A stretch of 64,000 nucleotides of DNA. Origin: a virus. The notes below the pieces were generated by a model. It did not search any database. It worked only from the letters and a program-made list of their open reading frames with translations, and was not told the origin of the DNA. Location of the stretch: positions 1 to 64,000 of IMG/VR virus record IMGVR_UViG_3300033149_004458. One strand, given 5' to 3'. Shown here in pieces: positions 8,140-16,563 of the stretch. Both the position numbers and the translations under genes were made by a program. Each line of letters opens with the position of its first letter. Position 1 is the first letter of the stretch.

Positions 8140-8389
8140 TTGCCAGCCTCTCCGCTAATATTTCCAATGAACGGTCAATCTGCATAATTAGTTTGTTGTG
8201 TTCCACTCTCATTGTTGCCTCATGTTCTATCTGTTCTTGAAGAACCCTCATCAGGGTGTTTCTACAAGTATTTAGTTCCTTCCATAAGCGTAAAACGACC
8301 ATGGCTAACCCAATAACCATAACGCCAAGTGGACCATAAGCTAATAAAACACTTTCTAGTGTAATGGGTTCCATTGTAGTAGATTCCAT
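8117..8389 (-). CDS. holin-like protein (one TM helix plus coiled coil)
   Basis: YGPLGVMVIGLAMVVLRLW segment; directly follows the lysin-like gene. Confidence 0.6.
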   Translation of the reverse strand: MESTTMEPITLESVLLAYGPLGVMVIGLAMVVLRLWKELNTCRNTLMRVLQEQIEHEATMRVEHNKLIMQIDRSLEILAERLANVKQDTG

Positions 8390-8407
8390 TGTAATAAGGT
8401 TGTTCCA

Positions 8408-10807
8408 CTAACCTACTAATCTAGATAAATCCAATAGTTGCTTTCTGCTTATGCCAAAGTGTTCCCATTCTCCACTTCCTGGGAATGTGAAAATACATTG
8501 TCCTCGGCAACGGTTGCCGTGCTCTTTGTTCCATGCCTGAACGAGACTTCTATACTTGAGAAGGCTAGATTTATACCATTCCCAATCACCATTACATGTT
8601 TCCTTATAACGCCAACCAGCAGTTGCACTAGGCATACTACCATTCACTATCAGAATTCCTCCACCTTCGGTGAAGATGTATTGTGGATAAACTCCCTTTT
8701 TTCTAAATTCTACGTCCCAACTTAACAGAGGTCGCATAGAAAAGTGTCGCACCGAATCTGATAATGTACAATACCGTTGTTTATAATTGAACCCAATATA
8801 AGTATGTCCACCAAGGTAGCCGTTATATTTCACCACTTGCTCTGCCGCTGGCAACATAAGAAGGGCTTCTTCTCCATGTTGGGGGTTTCCCACCCCTGGG
8901 TTTAGCAAGCAGGGAACGACTGCGTTACCAAGTTCAGAGTATAGCCAATCAGCATAATGACATTCAAATTCAACTGTTCGTTGTATACCAGAAATATCGC
9001 CCGTTGCGATTGTTTCATTTACCCCTTCTACTGCGTCTATCCAATCAGCTTCCTCAAGTAAACTGTCTAGAATTTGTTCCAGATAAAGTCTGGCCCCCGC
9101 ACGCAACCCACCAGAATGGTTGAAATATGGATTATAGTTATTTATAACATGTCGGTATAATACATTTGTCTTTGGAGATATTGCTTTAATCTGGCGGCCC
9201 CACTGCATGTTCTCTACCAGCTTAACCCATTCAGGTTGAACTGTTGCAATGTATTCATAAATTCCTGAGCTATTATCTTGGATATGAAGACTCAAGAACT
9301 CACCTGGTTCTGGGTATTGTGGTTCTCCTGTTTCATACTTAGCAAGAAGTCGGAAACTTTCAGCCTGTCTACCATATAAATTATCTAAATAATCACATTC
9401 TCGCTTCCAAGGATCAAGGGCAATGAAACGTTGATTTGCAAATTCTACCAGTAAAACAAAGTGCTTACTATACCCCCAAGAGACATCAGCAAAAGCCAAC
9501 CCACCGCTTCTGAGGTGCTGTACTACTTCTGGGTAATCTTCAGTGTATTTTAAGACCTGCAAACCAAGAGCTTCTTTCATAGATACCCATTTTACTTCAC
9601 AGTTTGACGTAAAACCCCCTGGTCCAAGGTCTTCGTTTACAGTCAAAGGGGTGGCATCAGGTTTAATGCCAAAGATTCTTTGAGCCATAGCACACGCAGT
9701 GTCCCAACAACCATCCTCACCGATTGTGGTTGTACAATTTGCTCCTTTACGAACAACGTCTTTCCAGGGTTCGTCCCTTTGGCCCAGTAGATACTTTTCC
9801 CACTTTTTGCGTGGGTCAACCGGTAATACGTTACGGAAAACAAGCTCTGTCTCTGGTGACCTTTCCTTATACCATTCAGTTAGTGCTGCTTGTTTGTCCT
9901 CGTCGAAATCAAATAATTCTACCTTGTTAGAATTGACTAACTCCGGTTTGTAGTTTATTGCGTCGTCGTGTGACCAGCCCGCCGATCTTCTTTGGTATTT
10001 CGCCCACTTCTGTACTGTCTCCAGGGATTTGCTGTCCATGTTATCGGAATATACCCAGAAAACGCGGTTATACTTTTCTGCTGGTGGTTCTACTATAACT
10101 AAACGAACATCGTCCCAATAAGCATCATTATGTTTAAATCTCCAAAGAGTTTGCGATCTTAAGAATACAGTTATATAGTCATTTTCTGCTGTTACCTCTA
10201 CCTGGGGAACTTGGGCATAGCTGTTATAAATGTACGCCCCTCGCCCCCAGACCACGGTGTTAGCATATGGATTTGTTTTCCCTGTGGGGTCAATGCCAAG
10301 CCAAAAAGTAAAGTTTCTCCAATCGTCGTCCTCGGTATCACCCTCAAGAATAAACCCTGCGTTATAACCAGCGCCCTCGCTCCAACGAGCGTCGTCTGGG
10401 TGTGGGCCATCCTTACTATTACTCCAGGCATGTGCTTGTGCTGTTAACCTCAAATGCTGGCCCGGTTTTACAGCAACTCGTTGTAGGAAACCAGCGTCAT
10501 GGACACGAAAAAATGTGAATAACAAGGTTGCTTTTTTACCTTCTGCTACCCGTGTGGGATCGTGTGTTTTCCATGCATCTCTTACCTCTGGTTGGCACCA
10601 GCCCTCTTTATTTGACGGGTCATACCCAAAGCCGCCTTTAGGAAGGCCCTCTTTGAAAAACGTATACCATTCTGGGGGAGTGAAGATATTGCCCACCGAT
10701 CTTTCCCTTACAAACTTACCGTTAGGGGCAAAAACAAAAGCTATATGACTACCACCATCTGACCAGTCTGTTTCAAATCCCTGGTTATGCAATAAATTGT
10801 CGTTCAT
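8408..10807 (-). CDS. multidomain endolysin-like protein (CBM-like, C39-like cysteine peptidase, GH-like TIM barrel)
   Basis: Q...GCWDTACAM...HFVLL...DP peptidase motifs; EGVNE and FTEGG glycoside-hydrolase-like motifs; next to a holin-like gene. Confidence 0.6.
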   Translation of the reverse strand: MNDNLLHNQGFETDWSDGGSHIAFVFAPNGKFVRERSVGNIFTPPEWYTFFKEGLPKGGFGYDPSNKEGWCQPEVRDAWKTHDPTRVAEGKKATLLFTFFRVHDAGFLQRVAVKPGQHLRLTAQAHAWSNSKDGPHPDDARWSEGAGYNAGFILEGDTEDDDWRNFTFWLGIDPTGKTNPYANTVVWGRGAYIYNSYAQVPQVEVTAENDYITVFLRSQTLWRFKHNDAYWDDVRLVIVEPPAEKYNRVFWVYSDNMDSKSLETVQKWAKYQRRSAGWSHDDAINYKPELVNSNKVELFDFDEDKQAALTEWYKERSPETELVFRNVLPVDPRKKWEKYLLGQRDEPWKDVVRKGANCTTTIGEDGCWDTACAMAQRIFGIKPDATPLTVNEDLGPGGFTSNCEVKWVSMKEALGLQVLKYTEDYPEVVQHLRSGGLAFADVSWGYSKHFVLLVEFANQRFIALDPWKRECDYLDNLYGRQAESFRLLAKYETGEPQYPEPGEFLSLHIQDNSSGIYEYIATVQPEWVKLVENMQWGRQIKAISPKTNVLYRHVINNYNPYFNHSGGLRAGARLYLEQILDSLLEEADWIDAVEGVNETIATGDISGIQRTVEFECHYADWLYSELGNAVVPCLLNPGVGNPQHGEEALLMLPAAEQVVKYNGYLGGHTYIGFNYKQRYCTLSDSVRHFSMRPLLSWDVEFRKKGVYPQYIFTEGGGILIVNGSMPSATAGWRYKETCNGDWEWYKSSLLKYRSLVQAWNKEHGNRCRGQCIFTFPGSGEWEHFGISRKQLLDLSRLVG

Positions 10808-10852
10808 TTTACTTTTCCTCTTCCATTTCTAAGCAGTCCTTATTAAATATAT

Positions 10853-12364
10853 TCATACTTCCCTTCTGGTCTCAAGGACCTCTGTCTGTACCGTTTTCTT
10901 ATTCATTGGGTAGACTACCTTCTTGGTGGTGTATCCTGTTTTTGAGATCGTGACAGTAAAGGGTGTATAGTCTATCCGGTTGGTACTGTTGTAATAGGTC
11001 CCCCCGCCTGGGTTAGTCATCACCCACGCCAGGAGGGGTTGGCTGATGTTCCCGTCCGTATCAGTAGTAAGGGGGCTGCCGCTTACTTCATCACCATCCA
11101 CATCTTGTATTTTGACACTAGCCCCCTCAATTGGGTTGTTGTCTTCGTCAACAACAGTTAGATCCAGGGTAAACTCAATCTTGAGAGGATTAGTGTATGA
11201 GGATTGCCAATAAACACGGGGGATGTTATCACCTCGCCTTTCAAAGACACAATCTCTGAAAATGCTGTCGCCATTCCCAGAATAGCGACTGCATCTCAGG
11301 TCACCTTCCCAATGACCCCAGATTTTACCCTCTACGACCAAAAGTGTGCCACTATCGTTGTAAAGTTCATCCTGAAAATAAGCATTTCTAAGGACTGGGC
11401 GAGTAACGGTGCATGGATCAAGAGCGCCGAACTTCCACCCATCTCCTGTTACCTCAACATCGGAGCAATCAATATAGGTCTGGAACATTGTTTCCACCCT
11501 GCTCCCATTAAATGAGGTGGAAGTGTAGTTCAGACGACAGTATGAATCAGCATTGATCACCTTGTCTAATCTCTCCACACCGCCCCACTCACCTTTGAGC
11601 GTGCAGCCATAGAATTTGCAGCCATAGGAATACCCGCCGGTTCGGTTGCCAAACTGAAGCCCGTAAATGGTGCAACCGTTGTAGCCTCGCTGGGCAGCCG
11701 CATCATAATCTCCAAAAGTTAACACCGCGTTGGGGTTGTAAATCTGCAAACCACCGTTGATAAAGATAATGGTTTTGTTTTTCTCCGTCAGGCTGGCCGC
11801 TGCTGTGCCGGTCAAGTAGATGCAGCCTATCAGCTCGAATACCCCACCATCGTAGAAACAAGCATTGGACAACCCCGCCGCATCCAAGGCATCCTTGATA
11901 TCTTGAAGAGTCGTCTCGCCCGTGAAACTGATCAGCGGTTTGCCGATGTTCTTATCTAAACCATTGGGCAAATCATAGGGGTAGGTGAACAGGTGGCGGG
12001 GGTCATACAGGTTCTCACTGCTGATAGTAATGGAGTTGGTCGTGGTGGAATAGGAATAATCGCCCCCGACGTGGCTGGGATTGGAAGCGTAGTCACCAGG
12101 TGCCTTGGTCAGGTAAACATGATAGCCACCGGCACCCGGAACAGCGTCCCACGTAATTTGGACCTGTCTATCAGTATCTGTCGTGGCGAAAGATTGCTCA
12201 GCTGAGGCCACCCCCTCTCTCACATAGAGATTGTAGGTAGCACCATGATTGCTGGCCAGGATACGAAAGTAGTAAGTAGTATTAGGATCAAGCGACCCGC
12301 CAGCCTGAACAGTCGGGACAATGTTGGTAGGGGCAGCATAAGGAGCTGTGATCGTTACTGCCAT
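10853..12364 (-). CDS. Fn3-like, beta-helix and carboxypeptidase-regulatory-like virion protein (503 aa)
   Basis: LDPNTTYYFRILA and ITWDAVPGAGGYHVY (Fn3-like); VVDEDNNPIEGASV...TDTDG. Confidence 0.65.
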   Translation of the reverse strand: MAVTITAPYAAPTNIVPTVQAGGSLDPNTTYYFRILASNHGATYNLYVREGVASAEQSFATTDTDRQVQITWDAVPGAGGYHVYLTKAPGDYASNPSHVGGDYSYSTTTNSITISSENLYDPRHLFTYPYDLPNGLDKNIGKPLISFTGETTLQDIKDALDAAGLSNACFYDGGVFELIGCIYLTGTAAASLTEKNKTIIFINGGLQIYNPNAVLTFGDYDAAAQRGYNGCTIYGLQFGNRTGGYSYGCKFYGCTLKGEWGGVERLDKVINADSYCRLNYTSTSFNGSRVETMFQTYIDCSDVEVTGDGWKFGALDPCTVTRPVLRNAYFQDELYNDSGTLLVVEGKIWGHWEGDLRCSRYSGNGDSIFRDCVFERRGDNIPRVYWQSSYTNPLKIEFTLDLTVVDEDNNPIEGASVKIQDVDGDEVSGSPLTTDTDGNISQPLLAWVMTNPGGGTYYNSTNRIDYTPFTVTISKTGYTTKKVVYPMNKKTVQTEVLETRREV

Positions 12365-12603
12365 TACGCCTCCCGTGTCCCAATAAGAGCCTCAATCTGT
12401 GCAATCTGAGCCTCCAAATAATCTATCCGCGCTTCCCTCTCTTGGTAGTAAGGGTGACATTGCTGGCCCAGTTCAGCCAACTCTCGGAGAGTCGGTGGCT
12501 CCATTGCTTTCAGCCTTTCAAGCTCGCGCTTCATCCTCGTCAGGTTGACCTTGGTTGTAACCTCGTCAACTCGGTAAACTTTGCCATCTAGTATGCGATA
12601 CAT
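12364..12603 (-). CDS. hypothetical coiled-coil protein (79 aa)
   Basis: SD AAGGAG; TAATG coupling. Confidence 0.75.
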   Translation of the reverse strand: MYRILDGKVYRVDEVTTKVNLTRMKRELERLKAMEPPTLRELAELGQQCHPYYQEREARIDYLEAQIAQIEALIGTREA

Positions 12604-12614
12604 AGCTGGTCTCC

Positions 12615-12947
12615 TTAGCTGATTTCTGCACCTGAGACGTGGACCGTGATCTGGTCTGCGATTTCGGCCTGAGCCCGAATTGTATCACCAGCAGTATCTA
12701 GTACCTGGAAGCCTGTCCAGTGAACGAAGTCATGGGCTGGCACACTCCATTGGTAAAACATAACGTTTTCATCAGTTGGACTATTACCACTAGGGACTAA
12801 CCAAAAAGAAATGTAGCAGCCGCTGACTGTGTTATTACAGATATGAATATCTTTGACGATTGCTATTGTCGATGCAGGAACGGTGTAGAGGGTCTCTACG
12901 GAGCTGCCTACTGCTTGTCTTACTAATACTTTTTCCTGAAATGCCAT
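12615..12947 (-). CDS. tail fibre-associated small beta-sandwich protein (110 aa)
   Basis: TLYTVPA...IVKDIHICN...SGAEIS pattern, commonly found after phage fibre genes. Confidence 0.65.
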   Translation of the reverse strand: MAFQEKVLVRQAVGSSVETLYTVPASTIAIVKDIHICNNTVSGCYISFWLVPSGNSPTDENVMFYQWSVPAHDFVHWTGFQVLDTAGDTIRAQAEIADQITVHVSGAEIS

Positions 12948-12948
12948 T

Positions 12949-15900
12949 TTACCTCCCCATCATAAAACTGTAGCGGAATAGGTCTCTACCATCTTCTATG
13001 AGTATGTTTGTATTTATCTCGCCGGCATATACGTCCCACCGATGTGTTGCGTCCCCCAGAGCCTGACCACTGGCGGCAACAGGAAGAACGTCTCCCCCGT
13101 CCATTGTTAAAGCTTCAGCCATAGCACTTAATGTGGTGTGCTGTGCACCGGTAACGTGATAGTAATCATCCGCAGCCCCACCCTGGATAGCACCCGTGTC
13201 ATTGTGGTCGATGGCACCAACAAGGGGGAAGGCTACATCGTATGCACCTGCCACAGCATGGAAATTTGTGGCCCCCTGCTTGATTATAATCTTAGCAGCT
13301 AATATACTAAAGCCGCTTACGATGGGCGGTGTCTCTGGGGGCATTACTGCCTGCGCTTCTGCTAACCTATAGCTACCCCTACCGACTACAACGTGCAAGT
13401 CACTATCGTAGTTGATGTACACCCAGAATACACCATATCTATTATTTGCAATATTGGCTAAGTCAGTTCCATTGTCATATTGATAAGCAGTGGCACAAAT
13501 CTGTGATTGTGTGTCAGAGGCCCAAACTCCACCGGAGTGGTAGTGCCTGGTGAATGTTGCTGCACCAGAGGTATCTACTCCAGTTGTAGTAATCCTGTTT
13601 CTACCGAGATAGAATACACCAGCCGTGGATTCTAGGTAACGGTTGCCCTTCTCTGAGATTGTTCCGCCTGATGCTCGCTCAAACCCCCGCACGGCCATAA
13701 TCCGCTCGTGCTCTTCCCGCTGGAAATTTGGCAGTTGGATGCCAGACTGAATAATACGTAGAGTAGTTCCATCTCTGTAGACCTGACCAAGAGGAAACTG
13801 ACGATTCAACTCTATGTCAGAACGAGTGGTGGTCACATCGAACTTCGGCCCACCTACGTAATTCACAAACACGTAGTTGGTCATCGCGTCTGTGATGGCA
13901 AAATTGGTTGTACCCGCCAAATCAAATGATCGAGTCTCACCTATTTCACTATCTGTGGTCTTAAGAAATCCAGTGAGTGCTGAGATGTCTATCCTACCAT
14001 TGGCAATATTGCCATCGGCTGTTCCATCTGTTACCGCTTCATCGACCGGGATAGTAGTTACCCCACCAGCGTATGACGAGCCCCCAGCTGATACTGTATA
14101 GTCTCCATCATTTCCTGTACTGCCACTAACGGTAATTGTGTCGCCTGCTTCATAGCCTGCGGTCTGATCTCCAGCCACCTCAAATGACCCTGCACCTGCG
14201 CCCCCAACATTAGCCGCGGTGATGGGGTCCGAGTGAGCCGAAAGAGTGCCACCACTGATATAGCCCGCGCTCTGGACATTGTTAAGCCAGTCTTGAACGT
14301 CATCATATGTGGCAGTGTCGATTTCTGCAACTTCAACCTGAGAGGCTGGAACGGCTCCTGGCTGCCACTCGCTGGCAGTATCATTCCATATATATGTCTG
14401 GCCGTCTGCCGGCGCGCCAGCCCCCACCGCCCTGCCTTGAATACCTATGACGGTAGCTGCTCCTGTATTGTCCAGGGACACATCCTGGCTGACAGGCACG
14501 CTATTGATGTCAGTGCCATCACCTACTAAAATCTGGCCGTCTGCCTTGGCAGCGTAAGCTTCCCAATCAGATGCGCCACCACGAATAATCGACCCACGTG
14601 CATAATCATTTAAGCTCTCTAAGGCATTGCCATCCAAGAAAGTAATTGTGCCATTAGCGGTATCATATTGTACATTGAATACTTGTAAGGTGCCAGCGGT
14701 CTGCCGAAGGTCATATGGATTGCCAGCACTTGATGTGGTCTCTATTTTTCCACCAATTACTTTTATTGTGGCACCGGACACTTCATTGTTGACTCCATAG
14801 CTATCACCGGTGCCACTAGATTGTATGTCTACATCTAGCAATGTAATTGTACCCGTGCATGTTCCGCCTACAACGTCTACGCCTCTCGCAGACCCATTTG
14901 CCGTGCTGACCTCGATGTTTCCCTCATACACAATATTAGATGTCGATGTACGCCCAGCAGAGGTATTTGATAGCCCAATTGCGTAACTATTATCTGTAGT
15001 TAATACCATACGACCGCAAATATAAATTTCACATGCACCGTCTCGTGCAAGGATACCTCTGATATGGTCATCACTATGTGCCGTAATATCTCCATGGTAT
15101 GTAAGGGACCCGCCAGCCCTTGTGTGTATTACGTCGCTGTCTGTTGCGCAATTTAAGTAGAAATCTCCATTCCATACCCATGTTGCGGCATTACGGTTTT
15201 GTAGACAATATCCCCAACACCCTGTATTTGGGCATTGGATTCTGATGCTGCCCTCACCATAAATATCACCTGTGCTTTCTCCACGCACTCCATAGGCTCC
15301 CCAATCGTTACCGTCTGACTGTACATCAATGTTCCATTCTGCGTCTTGGCCTCTGTAAACAATCTTTCCAGTTGAGGTATTGCGAATACCTATTGCTGTG
15401 GCGTCACCACTGGTATATGTATTGTGGCAATAAAGGTCTGCTATAATAGTAGCTGTCCCAGATGTATGGTTACAAACCACTGCTGTCAACCCGGTTGATG
15501 CCGCGCCACTGTTAAGGGATGCCTCTATGCTGATGCTACGCACGTTGATGTAGTAATCTCCAGGGGACGATGGGATAGTTACTGCAACTTGTCCACCAGT
15601 GCAGAATATATCCACAGTCCCTTTGTAGATTTCTACCACAGGAACATCTGATACAAGAACTATATTCTCATCGTATGTTCCAGGTGGAATTAACACCACG
15701 TACCCTGCCCCTGCATAATCTATTGCGGTCTGGATTGTATCATATTCTGTTAGTGTGTTGGTTGTTGGGTTAAATAACGCCGGCCTATCTGGAGAAAAGG
15801 CAAGTGTCATCCCACCGTCTAGTGCTTCCAACCAAGCGCCAGCAGACATTCCGCCTGAACCCACACAAGAACATGTTATTCCAGAACCACAGGGGTTAAA

Positions 15901-16563
15901 TGTTACAAATGGACGTATATCTTTCCAAATGTAACCACTATAGGACATTCTCTCTCTCGGCCACCCAACAGCATACGCGCCAGACATTAGATATACAATA
16001 GCTAGTGGCATAATTGGGTTACCAGACCCCATACACTCAGGGGGCATAACAACTGATGGTATTTCGGCTTCTTGCCCTTGTTGTATCCCAATCTCCCCAG
16101 ACGCAGTAATATATACTACATCATATCTTGAGTGTCTCATTGGACTTGTGATTGTTGGCGAATCTCCACCCTCAAAATCCAAGTATTGTACACCATTGTA
16201 GTGCCAAATTCCACTAGCCACATGCACCCTCATTGCTCTTGGTGTTGTAACTGTTACTTCAAACCACGTTGCAGGTTTATGATGCCAACGGATATGGTTC
16301 AAGTTGTCTACAAGTGAAGAGTGACCACTCATTAAGAAGTGCCCACTTGTCAACATAGTGGCCGCTTCTGTTGTATCATAACAGACTAAAGATTGCGGGA
16401 GCTGTCCTTGTGGTGTTCTCCAGGGGCCACCAGTTCCACCATATGGTCCTTCGTCTCCGCCAAGGATTAGACCGCCACCCTGGACTATTCCGAGCATGGC
16501 GTCGTCTATTTCCCCCTCAACGAAATCAATTAGGGTGTCATTCCAACTATTTTTACGTCCCAT
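12949..16563 (-). CDS. tail fibre/tailspike protein with beta-helix region (1204 aa)
   Basis: YDTIQTAIDYA...VLIPPGTYDENI beta-helix cap; Gly/Thr-rich; follows the tail-tip genes. Confidence 0.75.
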   Translation of the reverse strand: MGRKNSWNDTLIDFVEGEIDDAMLGIVQGGGLILGGDEGPYGGTGGPWRTPQGQLPQSLVCYDTTEAATMLTSGHFLMSGHSSLVDNLNHIRWHHKPATWFEVTVTTPRAMRVHVASGIWHYNGVQYLDFEGGDSPTITSPMRHSRYDVVYITASGEIGIQQGQEAEIPSVVMPPECMGSGNPIMPLAIVYLMSGAYAVGWPRERMSYSGYIWKDIRPFVTFNPCGSGITCSCVGSGGMSAGAWLEALDGGMTLAFSPDRPALFNPTTNTLTEYDTIQTAIDYAGAGYVVLIPPGTYDENIVLVSDVPVVEIYKGTVDIFCTGGQVAVTIPSSPGDYYINVRSISIEASLNSGAASTGLTAVVCNHTSGTATIIADLYCHNTYTSGDATAIGIRNTSTGKIVYRGQDAEWNIDVQSDGNDWGAYGVRGESTGDIYGEGSIRIQCPNTGCWGYCLQNRNAATWVWNGDFYLNCATDSDVIHTRAGGSLTYHGDITAHSDDHIRGILARDGACEIYICGRMVLTTDNSYAIGLSNTSAGRTSTSNIVYEGNIEVSTANGSARGVDVVGGTCTGTITLLDVDIQSSGTGDSYGVNNEVSGATIKVIGGKIETTSSAGNPYDLRQTAGTLQVFNVQYDTANGTITFLDGNALESLNDYARGSIIRGGASDWEAYAAKADGQILVGDGTDINSVPVSQDVSLDNTGAATVIGIQGRAVGAGAPADGQTYIWNDTASEWQPGAVPASQVEVAEIDTATYDDVQDWLNNVQSAGYISGGTLSAHSDPITAANVGGAGAGSFEVAGDQTAGYEAGDTITVSGSTGNDGDYTVSAGGSSYAGGVTTIPVDEAVTDGTADGNIANGRIDISALTGFLKTTDSEIGETRSFDLAGTTNFAITDAMTNYVFVNYVGGPKFDVTTTRSDIELNRQFPLGQVYRDGTTLRIIQSGIQLPNFQREEHERIMAVRGFERASGGTISEKGNRYLESTAGVFYLGRNRITTTGVDTSGAATFTRHYHSGGVWASDTQSQICATAYQYDNGTDLANIANNRYGVFWVYINYDSDLHVVVGRGSYRLAEAQAVMPPETPPIVSGFSILAAKIIIKQGATNFHAVAGAYDVAFPLVGAIDHNDTGAIQGGAADDYYHVTGAQHTTLSAMAEALTMDGGDVLPVAASGQALGDATHRWDVYAGEINTNILIEDGRDLFRYSFMMGR

